Shown: positions 25,951-38,179 of the stretch, in pieces
How the letters are laid out: the number at the start of each line of letters is the position of its first letter
Position numbering within the stretch: position 1 is the first letter of the stretch
Origin: Phoronis australis
Taxonomy: Eukaryota; Animalia; Phoronida
Assembly: GCA_002633005.1 (NCBI GenBank)
Contig: NMRA01000556.1
Coordinates: 124,001-188,000, forward strand
Length of the DNA stretch: 64,000 bases
Direction: 5' to 3'
Notes under the pieces: generated by a model
Databases searched by the model: none
Told to the model about the DNA's origin: nothing
What the model saw: only the letters and a program-made list of their open reading frames with translations
Translations under genes and position numbers: made by a program

Positions 25951-28564
25951 TAACTTAAACGTGTATGAATGTAAAATAAACTATCGTTTTTTTGTTCCCA
26001 ATTGTCCAAAGAAAATAAAAAGGACACATTTCATGCATGTATGAGTAGAAGAACATACCGTTGAGAATTCGATATGCATTATTCAAATTCTTGCATTACT
26101 GGTTTAAAACGTAGTTTACTGATGCTATAGTTATGAATGCTAAAGTCGCATTTCATTATCAATTAACACCTGAAATAGAAATCACGAAGTTAACTACCAG
26201 TGGCGGATTTGGAGGGGGGCCATGCCCCCTAAGATGACATGCTCCTCCAAACATGATGACTATTTTAAACTCATTGTTCTTGCTGACGCCGTGCGTGATT
26301 AGATATTTGCACTTTTTTATTATGGTTTGGATAGCATTGAGACGTCATCACTTGTGTCTTCAAGTAACCCGCCTCAGGCTAAGTGTTGAGTAACCACTAA
26401 GTAAACGCCCAATTAAGAGGACTGTTCAATTTCAAAAGATCACGGGAACTTTCGAAGCATTTTATAATCATGCTCAACTAATGTTTTTACCTATGTGATC
26501 CAATGTAAAGCGTTCTGAGCATACCTTATAACATTTCAAATTTAAGCTATGTTTCCGAAACTACACTGGTTAAATTAGTCATTTTATGACTTTGGTTTAA
26601 TTAATAACTTAATAATTTTCATGAAAACGTATTGTGTCACCGTAAAACATAACGTTCTACGGTGTATGTAAAATTTTCTGGAATTTCTTATTGAATTCAT
26701 ACAAGTATGAATCATGTTCGCTATCAATTCCCTTGACATAAGTGCAAAGAAAGAAATGCTCAATTAGTTTTTAGTAGTTTCTATTATTTTGTTGACTGAG
26801 GTATCAATCTCAAGACCCTCGCTCACAAAAACGTCCGAGCAACGGTCTAGAGAGGTGCAGAAGCGAACAACATACATCGAGTGCCACATCGTCCACGAGG
26901 TCTCTCATCCGAATTTTAACGAATGTCTCCAAACTTTGTTTGATTCCCACCCAGTATAAGTCAAGTGAGTCAAAATTCTTGGGAATGCTGTGCGAACTAT
27001 TTTAGTGAGCTAGGGCTCTAACAATGGAACAGCAGTTTCCTCGCAGTGTCGTCGACTTGTGGGCAAAAAAATTAAAAGAATTAATTTCTCCGTCAATCAT
27101 TTTTGAATTTTTTCAATAAAGCAGATTTGCATTAAACCTAGGGTAGTTAGTGTCGTTCTGGCGAGAGATTAATGAGATTTAAAATTCTTATGTTTAGTTT
27201 TGTATTGTCTGTCCATGACGAGACGTATGCATGGTAAAGCCTGCGCAAAAGTCAATATTTGAGTACCAGTAACACTTAAGAGCTTTCTATGTAATGAAGC
27301 CCGCCGGTCAGGTCCGTGGTATAGCTTAGTAGGTTTCTGTGATATAAAATGACGGCGGAGCGTTGATTAACGTACGCAAGTGTGTGGACAACACACAAAT
27401 ACGTCGCCTCTTGCAGCGACCACGCTGCGTCTCTCCCTCGGGGCGGTTATCCAATATTTATGTATTGCGTGATCGTCACTGATAGATTTTTGACCCCGAC
27501 GGTAGTCTTGGTATAAATTATTAAATGACGATAATTCATCGATTTCATGATTTTCACGGGGAGTCGCAGTGGGTGAGAAGACGAGAGTTTTGTTGTGTCT
27601 ACATTTCAGAGATACAGATATTCACACTGAAAACAAAAAAAATCTTTATCTTGCTAAAAACGTGTCGAAGGTCAACAAACTGAGATAAATACTACAATTG
27701 GCAAACGGTGTGCCTGCGAAATTGCGAATACGATGTGTGCGCTATTGAACTTGGCTTGTCTACGCCACAAGTGTCTACTTGTTTCGTAAGTTCTCTTATC
27801 ATAGCGGAGAAAACAAACACACGCGTGACGAAAATAAGTAAACTTACGAGGGTTTGGACCGTGTTCTTTCAAAGTAAACACCTGTTTTGAAACAAGAATT
27901 TACAGGAAATGATAACTTTCACAACATTAGGAGCTACAGTATATTGTTGAGTAACACTAATTAATTCTGAGCCACCATTTAGAAGTTAACTGAGGTAACA
28001 GTGTGGTAGATAACTGAACACATCAAAGACTCCATCTTCCGGTAAATAAATCGAAGAGACAGCAAATCATGTAAAGAAAAATTGAAAAACCAGTTTCTTA
28101 TTATTTGTAGCTATCTTTTCGATTTGTATAAACACTGTGTTTACGAGAATCTTTCAACCTCACACTACAAGTGCTCTAATGTCACGTGCTCTCAGCGATT
28201 TTAATGGTAAGTTTAAAAAAACTTGACAATTCGCTGGAAAATGTCAATTTTTATCGCCGGTTGTATGTGTGGCTCGCAAAGTGGTGGGTGTCTTAGCAAG
28301 AACAGACACGCACTTTGAAACAGCTGCAGGAACAAGAAATCCGAATAAATAAGAAAAAACACACAAGAAAAAATGAATATGCTTATTTCGAACGAAAAAA
28401 AAAAACGGCCCATAATGGGTCCCCTGTTTTACGCTGGTACCAAGGTAATAGATTGTTTCACATAACGGATGATCCGGCATTGGATGTCAGAGTTACGGTG
28501 GATAGTTTGTATCGGTGTCTTGTTGAATATTTGTAGGTAAGAACAGATTTATGTCGTAAATCTG

Positions 28565-28714
28565 CATTGTCGGACTTAGGGAAGTCCCAGGAGCCCCGCA
28601 CCCCTTACAGACATTAACAAAATCACAGTCTCCAAGATTTGTTAGGGATTACGGGGAGATTTCCCTCAAAAATTGAGATGGCCCTTCTCTTATGACTTCC
28701 TGGATCCGCCAGAG
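28565..28714. mobile_element. CA..TG-type MITE (GGATCCGCC end)
   Basis: CATTGTCGGACTTAGGG...CCTGGATCCGCCAGAG flanked by ATCTG/ATCTC. Confidence 0.6.
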
Positions 28715-28911
28715 ATCTCATCAGAATTTGTTGTCAGGAGAATATGATATCTTCAGCTCGTGGGTTGATCTACTTTCACACCTGGTATTAGGAGGGAAAA
28801 GGGCTCCATAGTCACTCATCCAAATTCCAATCTTCAAAAATCCAACGGATACTCTACTTAACTGTGATTTATTTGAAGCTCTTTTATTGACCATAGAGAC
28901 GAAAATAATTT

Positions 28912-29101
28912 TATCTATCTACCTATCCGTCTGTATGTTCGTCTACTTGCCAGCATGTCTATCTGTCTGTTTGTCTATCTGTGTTTCTATCTATAAGTTA
29001 AGCTATGTATCGGCCGAACCACCAGTCGTATGTACAGGGTGTGTGTGTATGTATGCATGTATGTATGTATGTATGTATGTATGAATGAATGTATGTATGT
29101 A

Positions 29102-29144
<43 letters not shown>

Positions 29145-29215
29145 CTATGTATGTATGTATGTATGTATGTATGCATGTATATACATAATTATACTTGTAT
29201 CTGTCTGTCTCTCTG
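28912..29215. repeat. Compound (GTCT)n/(GTAT)n/(GT)n microsatellite
   Basis: Direct sequence. Confidence 0.9.
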
Positions 29216-31139
29216 CAGGTAAATACAACATGTCCATTGATTTTCAACCGGATGTGATTCCAGATCGCGTGACTTTTGGCCAACCAATAACCTCACGTGG
29301 CATTGTGGGTAATGCAACTGTTGGTCACGTGATATCTGCGAGGTCATCTTAACATTGGTTGTTTACACTTTAAAAGCTCAATAATTAACTGAGTTTTTGG
29401 TTTTTGATACTTTTTGTATTCAGTTATTCTCTGCAAACAACCGTGACACAGACATAAATTAAAGAAATTGAACTTATTGATAATAGTTACTTTTATGATT
29501 GGTATTCGCTATGTTATCGTTGCTGTTGTTTTGGTCGGACGCATTAAGATACTTCGGATATAGATACATGTACATGAGATTAAATAAAAAAAGCTGTTCA
29601 CGATTTTATTTCACAAACTATGCCTAACTTCAGTCAAAATTACTTCATCCGAAATATACATCTTATTATTAAAATGGTCATTTTTTATCTTATTACTGTT
29701 GTTGTTGTGATAAGCGAGTAAAAACTTCGCAATAAGACAATAATGAGAATGGAGCCACTTATTCAGCCATAAATAACACCTATGGCATCCATTCCGAATA
29801 CGGTATTGAAAACAACAAATATGTGTGCATATACGCCTCGCTTCACGAATGGGTACTTTCTTATTGTCGCAAAAGTAAACCAATGTTTCGACGCTTGTCT
29901 TTATGTGATGCAGAATGTTCTTCAGTGATGGCCACATCAACGTAACAGGTTCGATATACCATACTACCTTTAAATTTGGCTATTGCACGCTTCGCGTCAT
30001 ACTGAGCAATGACGCCGTGCTTAACCACATGCAAAGCCAATTGTAGACGATAGGTTTGAATAATTTCCAACGGCAAGTTTAAATTCATGTGTGGAGGGAA
30101 CTTCTTGTTTTAGAAAATTTACAACAATTTAACTTATTTCACAATCCCAACATAACATAATTGCCCTCTAGTGAGATGCAGCGAGATTACCATGACCTTG
30201 AAATTGGCGCTTGTGAGAGAAGGTCAAATTGCGCATTTTCATATGAGGCTGTTTGAGCTAAAACAGTTAAAACAGCTAAAAGCATGTTTCGTTATCCCCT
30301 ATTCTCCTTACTCCATACAAAGCATAATTACGATCACCACGAAACACATACGAAAAATATTAACGTTGACGTGCTCAAAGTCCAGAAAAACGACGTAAGA
30401 AAACCAGTAACCCAGGAAATATAATTACAGCCGTCAAAGCATAAAGGTGGCATCACACAGCGAAATCAATCCGTTTTTGAAAGGATTTCAATCATTAATT
30501 TTAACATAGGTGATTTTCCACTAACCCATGCAAATTTCACATCTCTGTCTGCTAGGTGGCTGTAACGGAAAAAAAAACTAATTCGATAACCTGCACATCA
30601 TTTTACTACAAATTTTAGCAGGTAAATATCATCCAAGATATAAAGAAAATTAAAAATAATCAATGATCAATCAAAACTAAGTCAAACCTTATTAAAACGA
30701 ACGCTTTAGTCAAATTATTTCCACCATTAAATAGTCCTTCGTTAAGCTCTACATAGACTGTAGGCTGTGCGGGCGTCCCGGTCACCTCACTTGTTCATTA
30801 ACATAGTAAACTTACTCAACGATTTATTTGTTCCTAACATCTTTTTGTGCCAGTTTCATATGACAAATGAAATCTAATGTATACTCTGCTGTGTTCAGAA
30901 TTATACACCAACCACTGAACCCGAGTTTTGTGCAAACTTGGTTAAGCATACGAGCAATTAAGAAAAAAATCCTGCAAGTTGGGACAAAAATGGGCAGCAC
31001 TAATCATTCGCATTTCAAATATTCCAATGAAAGTGAGGAAATCTGTTTATTGCGGAATTCAACTATAACGTCGCGACTTCCCTTGCATATCTCACAACCG
31101 GGAAAACGCAACACCCCTTGACAGAAAAATCCTTGAAAA

Positions 31140-31640
31140 ATTGCCAATCCACTGTCGACGTAAGAACAATGTCAGCAAGTGACCCTAGACGGTGACTAGT
31201 GCTTCATTATGAGATAATAACATAGTGATTGTTGGAATTGCTGAAACCCGACAAAAACACAGCTCGGGATTAAATATACTGCGTAACAACGACTTTTGCA
31301 CCGGCGAACACGTGTCTTCTACAAAAGCGAACTGGCATTTCGTAATCTGCATAAATATATAATGAGTCACGTGACCACAGCTCGTGCAGCTTGGAAATCT
31401 GTCATGTCAATCCGATTTTGCCGTAGATCTTGGAGTAAGCATATATCTAGGTTTTGCATAAGGAGACATTCTGAATAAGAGTGTCTTAAGGCGAGGGTTT
31501 GCGATATTTGTCGTTCAGTCGTCTGAAAGGCTTTTGGCAAAACGTCATCAATGGATATGATGCGAGAATTTGGCGACACACCTAGTCCCGGAACGTTGAA
31601 TGACATGCTTGAAAGATCTGGGAGCAAATTTTTGGAAAGT
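31140..31640 (+). mobile_element. Old RTE-like LINE relic with large internal deletion
   Basis: APE motifs DVRTM..NIVIVGIAETR directly followed by an RT domain-4 remnant VQLGNLSCQSDFAVDLGV and LNDMLER. Confidence 0.6.
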
Positions 31641-31909
31641 AAGTGATTGTTGCTATTTTTCAATTCTGCATGCCCTTTTACTACTTGTATCTGAATAAGA
31701 GACCGTTAGGAAATTATAAATTAACGAAACAGTCATTATTAAACAAACAACGGTTAAATACGGACACAATAGAATAGAGGAATTAAAAATTCTAATCAGA
31801 TGTTGCGTTTGTACGTCGTTAATATCAGGCTTGCATTCTTGTGCTTAAAAATACCTGTATAAACCAACATAATTAATTTTGCCAGTTAAAACAAAATCTA
31901 AATCTTTGT

Positions 31910-34900
31910 GTGATTTGGGAATGCTACGTCGAATTTTGCATTTCATTGCGTTTGAATTCTATATCCCATTTAAACTATATGGAACTTGGTGTTAACGAAT
32001 GTACGGTGTATGCAATACTTGCACAAGAAGATAACCAAATAAAAGCTATACGTCACTACATAAGCACTTCGTTAGTGACTGTAAAATACCAGCATGAAGC
32101 TTGGGTTTTAAGCGTTTTAATCCATAGGAGTGTTTAATTGACATGTGGAGATTTTAAAGTTATTGTTGAATTTAACAATGTCAATTTGCTAACATGCAAT
32201 TAAGTCAAAAGTGCGCGCCATTATTGTTATTGACATTTCTTTATCTTTATTGTTTAGTAGGTAAAATGAAGAAGTTAAAATTGTAGTTTGATAACTTTTG
32301 ACTTAATTACGTTTGTCCGTGGGCCCAAAGTACATACGGCGAAAATAAATATACATGATTTATAAAAAATATACTTTGCACTTATAAACCAAGTATCATT
32401 TTTGGTCTCTTGACTTAAGTGTTTCTTCATGCATGCAGTATAAAATACTTATCAGTTCATCGTTAAAGTTAACTTCATTTTCTTCAAGTTATAGCTCTTG
32501 TGCGCTAGTGAAATTATTGGTAATTTGTGGTTGTATTCAGATCAACAACACTTGATCACAATTTCACGCGATTATCAAACGCTACAGATTTCAATGAAAA
32601 CGTCAAACTTAATCACCGTTCTCTCTTCACCAAAACTCCAATCACTCTTTTTATGTGAGCACGTTCGAAGACACTCAGCGCTTTGCTGAAAATTGAAACT
32701 GTTAATACAGAAAGCATAAAAATATTTTCCACGCGTCATTACGCGCAGGAAAATCACAATAAACATCCCCGGCAAAGGAAAGTCGGGTCTTACATGACTT
32801 TCCGATTTAGACGTGCCAGTCTTGTTAGTCTATTAGGCTAGTCATCTGAATACGTAATTAAATTAGAATTGATTTCGAGCCGGCGCAGAGAGACTAACAC
32901 CCAATTAACGTCCAAACAAATACCACGTCTTGCCCTATGTCTCTCAAATACCACGTCTTGCCCTATGTCTTTCATAGTAAACTTGTTCCGTTTGCGAAAT
33001 TCATGTCGACATTTATTGCAAAACTGGTCTACACGGTTATGCATATTTAAAAGGATAGGTTAGCATTCTTTGACCTCACAATGGAAAAATGCTAGACTTC
33101 CCTCACGTAAAGTTTTGTAAAATATGTTTGCTCGACATTTGGACTTGGTGTTCATTGGTCAAGTTCGACAGCTCTTGAAGTCAATAATACAGTCTAGATT
33201 TTTTGAGGAAGGCGGCAAGAACCTCAAACAGAATATTGCCAGTTTCCGATGCTTTCACTGTATGAAAACATGTCAAAGGGGTATTTTGGATGTCCGGTTT
33301 CAACTTAATTTTATTTTCCAAAATCTTGGATTTTCTTAGAAAAACAGAGCGGCTTCGACACTCTGTCACGAATATTTTACGTTCTAGTAGTTAGTTGAGC
33401 ACCGAAACAGGCTAGGAGGAAAAAATTAAATGCAGTGTGACCTTATGTCATTAAAAGGAACCTATGGCATAAAGAAAAATAGCAAAAAAATTATACTGTA
33501 ATGGTCCCTACTACATAGGGGCATTATAGTGGAGACTCCTTTTGCAGTTAACTTAATTTAAAACTTTTAATGCGTTGTCAACGCCTTATTTAGTTAATGC
33601 AGACCAAATGCAGATCCTACTTTCATTCATATTTTATTGCGGATGCGGAATATTTAAGAAAGTTTCGCTGAGGTCTCCTATCACGTTGTACTCGGTAAGA
33701 TCCATAGGAACAATGGAGTTTACGGTTCCAATCACGGCACCTCTTATCGATATGCACCCAAGAATCGCTGGAATGCGGTTGACATCATCAATTTTTGATG
33801 AGGTGACGTCATCAAATATTGATGAGAACGCGAACCCGTCAACCGAGAAGAGGCATGTCGTATTGACCTATCAAATAATAATGTCACTCTAACAGGTCCA
33901 GTGCGATCAGGTAGATAATAAATTGATGCGCTTTTGTGGGGTACTTGCCCTCAGTTTTCTTACACGATAAGAACGATTTCTAAAATGTATCACTTGGAAT
34001 TGAAGTGATCAGCTTTTACTCACAAAGGCGCCACTAGAGTGTCTGGTTAGATCGACAGATCAGTTCGATAAATGCGAAGTCAAAACTTCGTCACTGAAGT
34101 AATGACACAGTTTTTCATGTTCTGCCTTGTCCACAACAAGCACTGCTGTACAAACCCAAGCAAATGATTCGCTTGAATTGTTTCCGAAGATTTCTGTACA
34201 TGTTAACGGTTGGAGGTAGTCATATATGAATGTCCGTACCCTCTAACGCTATTAAAACCTTGGCAAGTCTCCATTTTCAGTAGATTTTCTTCAAAAACGC
34301 TAAAAATCACGCGTGACAAGGGAAATTTGATTCATGTAAAACGATGCAGCACCGCGTACAGTTTCTGGATGAAAACATGTTTAAATATGTTGGACAAAAT
34401 TTTGACTACTAATACAATTAAAATTAAATCATTTTTTTGTAACCTATACATCGACATGAATCTTTTGACAGGGATACACAAAAACTCCATGGCCGCGTGT
34501 CTTTGCATGCTCCATCAATGATCGCGGAAAATTCAGTCGGTATCCCCAGAAAAGCGTGAAACATTGACAATCAAATGCGTAAGTGGACAATCTCAAAACG
34601 TTGTAAAAACCCCTAAAATCTTGTCAACTTTCAATTCCAAACCAATCAAGGCTGGTATAGAAGCAAGTAACCTGCTAACTTTGGGATTTAATTTGAGATG
34701 TTCCGATTACAGCACGTCACCGCGCCTGGATTTCGAATCATGAATGGTAAATTGCCATACTCGCTGTTAGAAGTTGTCTTTAACTACAAAGCTGGACTTG
34801 CTGAGTGGTTTTAAAACCGTAATTAACTCAGCTTTTTCCGACTTCCGCTGCGCAAGTTAGACGCTATTAACTCCGGAAGAGTATCTTTCATGCCACTTAA

Positions 34901-35925
34901 GAACAAGTCACAGAGGCAGCCAAGGCTATTAATTAGTGACATTTTCTGGGGAAAGCCTCCTAATTAGGCCAATCCAATTTCAACAGTTTTTGTCATTAGT
35001 CCAATTCTTTGGTTTTTATAGAATAACTAAGTTACGATAGGTGTCTCAAGTTGAATAATCCTTAAACTCTCGCACCGTGTGAAAACTGGTAATCTGATTA
35101 AGATGCGTTTATTTTTCCCAAAAGTTTGAAAGCTTAAAATGAAACCTCGGAAACTAAGAAGTTTTAACATACGCGCACCAAAAAAAAGCAATTACATGGA
35201 ATGGCTTTCGTTCAATAAGCAGCAAAGACTTCTTGCCGTAAGTGGCTCAAGCAACGCAACCCAGGTTGACGCGTGCGCTGGTGGCGCTGAGCAAAAGAGT
35301 TTTCTTTTCAATTCATATGTCTTAAAGAAGCTTCTTAGGGTTACTTTCGTTTTCCGCTTATTTTTAGATCAACTGCTTCTCTTCACCTGATTCTCATTTC
35401 AACTCAATGTTTTTGCTAGCTGTAACACCCGAATAATTATGGACACACGAAATGTGTCTTAAAAATTATTTGTTTTCATGTATAATCCGTTTAAGTTATG
35501 GCTAAATCTCTACAGGATCTCCCAGGTTTTGTTCCACGTGCGCTGTTGAAATCGCAATAACCAACTGTGCAGAGCACAAAGAACTAACTAGCGATTAAGT
35601 GCAACAACGCCACATTATACTCTGACAAAATTTCGACAAAAACGCTATTTCCTCGTGAAAAAAGCTCGATTAAAGAGCCAAGTAATTCTGGAAAGAATTT
35701 GTTTTAGTTTGACAAGGCCCGACAAAAATACTATCAAAGTCTGCCCAGTCTGGAATGTTACTATATTTTGAAAACTTACTGTACTGGTTGTCAAGTGAAA
35801 ATAAACAAATTGAACTAAAAAATAGAAATATATTGCGTATCCTTCGGGCAATGGCGTAGTCACGAGGTACAACGGGGAGACGACTCCCTTACTGATTACA
35901 AAAAATCCTTCCTTCTGTCGAAACC
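31910..35925 (-). pseudogene. CTLD pseudogene segment E1 (about 5 domains)
   Basis: EGRIFCNQ*GSRLP..THFVC; STW..SLCCLLNE..RVC; KLCHYFSDEVLT..ICRS; TCFHT..NILFEV/SC; DQFCNK..FVWT..VFR*..YCDF..AWKIFLC; NFTSAQEL*..LISI. Confidence 0.7.
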
Positions 35926-36760
35926 TATTTCAATTTTGCGCTTTTCCCAACTTATTGAACAGCGCCCCAGGGGGCTACTCGTTTCCGCCCCTCCCCTCCT
36001 CCGGCCGACCAACAATTTCGCGTTTGTCCTCCTCCCATCTAATACTGCAGGCTACGCCAGTGGTCGGAGGACTCCTTCATGAGCTTAATGAGAACTGAAA
36101 CGAAAGGAATCTTTTAAGACAACCTCTTGAAGTGACAAAAGATAGCATTTAGTCACATATTTGGTTCAACATTAATAAACTCAGTTTTTAATTTTCAGTC
36201 AGCACCGCGCATTTCACATTGCACAGTTCATCAAATAATTTGATTTTCATTGTTTGTGTAACAAAATGATCACTTTTGTTCATTTGAGCAATCTTGCTGG
36301 TACTAACACAGTGATCGTACTCGTCATTTTATGTGTTGTCGTCGCTCTTATTGTTGTCTGTTATGCATTGTAATTTCGTTGTTAAAAGCAACAATTTGTA
36401 ATATCATAATAAATGAGAAATACAGAGAACCCTTCGACAAGTTACCTGCAACATCACTCTGAACCCGTCTACCTTCATTATTGGCGCTGATTTATTCATT
36501 CTTTCAACTGCCTTCACTTTTTCGCCGTGATAGGAAATTTATGTAAATTTTTCTAATGTTTTGTTTTAAAAGGCCATTACGACATTGCAGGTGTGCTTTA
36601 CCAGTACTTGACAGTTCCACATGATGGATAGCCAACCGTAAACGGCCTTGTCCAATTTGATATCTTTTGTATAATGAACTTTTATCTAAATTAGTGGCTT
36701 TCCTACTTCACATAGTCTAGTAGAAGATTATACTAATCTCTACTGTGCTTGACGGCCGGC

Positions 36761-36920
36761 AAGGCTTCTGGAAGACTTGCACTTTTCAGAACGCGCGCGC
36801 GCGTTGCTGACAAGCTTAACATGCGCAATAAAAGACGTTTCATCTCGTCTTTAGTACGTAAAGGAAGCTTTTCAGCATCACGCGCGCGCGTTCTGAAAAG
36901 TGCAAGTCTTTCAGAAACAT
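36761..36920. repeat. ~160-bp fold-back palindrome (MITE-like hairpin)
   Basis: TTCTGGAAGACTTGCACTTTTCAGAACGCGCGCG... / ...CGCGCGCGTTCTGAAAAGTGCAAGTCTTTCAGAA. Confidence 0.9.
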
Positions 36921-37794
36921 TCACTCATTGTGTTTGGTCATGATGCTACTCCATACTCAAAATGGTTGACAGGAATTTAGCATCAATTTAATTCTGTTCT
37001 AGGTTGTATCTGTGTTTGTCTTATATGAAATGAGGTCTTAGTCAATCATATGAAAACTCAGTCTCGAGAAATTGGCTTATGGCAGAAATAAAGTTGAAGA
37101 ACTACAAGTCTCCACGGTCATCTGTAACGCGTCAACGCCGATAAATTTTTAGATCTTACAATCGTAACTACTCAATGTTTGGAAAACAAAGAATCAACGA
37201 ATTGTGCACCAATATTACTAAAAAATCGGCTTGTTAAAACAATTAAGCAGCCGCATGCTATTAAAGGTGTATGGAGCCCTTGAAAATGACTTGGCAAATT
37301 GGCATCGTACATGTATCTTAAATAGGAAAAATCAGATTCTTAAGAAACTTTTAGAAACTATACCTAATGCACTTAACTGTTCCTCAAGTTTCCTATGTTT
37401 GCACAAGGAGCTACAGGTAGCACTTGTAGGGTGTTAAACAAAAATATCAAAAGTTGTTTTAAACGAAAACGAAATGATAATTTATAAAACTGTAATGGCG
37501 TTTTTGAGATTGCGTTTTGAACATTTATATCAACTAAAATTTGGCCATGTTTTAAATGCAATTCACCTTTTCTTTTTTGCTAAATTTTACCAAAAACACA
37601 TGGTTAGATATTTGGCTTAATGTAGACACTTGTGGACAATGTCTTCTAAACATACCATAAAGCCATCACAGCGTGTTGCACGTGCCTCCTTATCCTTGAC
37701 TCACCACGACAACAAACCAGTAGACGACATACTATTCTTGAAAAACGTGTCAGCATAATTTTAACAAATTCTAAATTCAGAACTCAGTCACCGC

Positions 37795-38110
37795 CATGGG
37801 CAGATCCAAGAGAGGGTACACGGAGTCCGAACTCCATTTTTAGTCACAGCGGCAAACCAAACATTGAGGAGAGCGACAATTTTTCATTTGATAACATTTT
37901 GTGAACTTCGCATTTTGAAAAACTAGCTTGCACATCACAAAGCAAATCAGTTATATGTTTATAAAACACTTTTTGACCCATTGGCGTAGAGATGACGATA
38001 CTAAATTTCATTACCGGTTTTCTACTCATTGTTTGTGACACACAATTCGCTTCAAAAACCTGTCGTGTAACTTGGACCTAACCTTTGTAAAAACCTGGAT
38101 CCGCCTTTGA
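37795..38110. mobile_element. CA..TG MITE (GGATCC family)
   Basis: CATGGGCAGATCCAAG ... CCTGGATCCGCCTTTG. Confidence 0.6.
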
Positions 38111-38179
38111 TCACCTTTGCTTCTCAGGGTAGGACGGCTATCATTTCATGAGCCAAATCAACATCTCACGTTGACATTA

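Larger units (their letters stand above)
26815..30060 (-). pseudogene. CTLD pseudogene segment D3 (likely 5' part of unit D)
   Basis: CGHH*RTF..YFCDNKKVPIREARRICTH..YLWL (29.94-29.75 kb); HPLCE (28.46 kb); exon from ~28323 AVSKC..GDKN*HF..AEST*; DTCG..RHTVCQL (27.78-27.69 kb); LYWVGIKQ..RFCE (26.96-26.82 kb). Confidence 0.75.

Noticed and set aside
28887-29352. ORFs over GTAT/GT repeats (also 10866-11165, 23109-23507, 63403-63744)
   Set aside because: Microsatellite and minisatellite artefacts.
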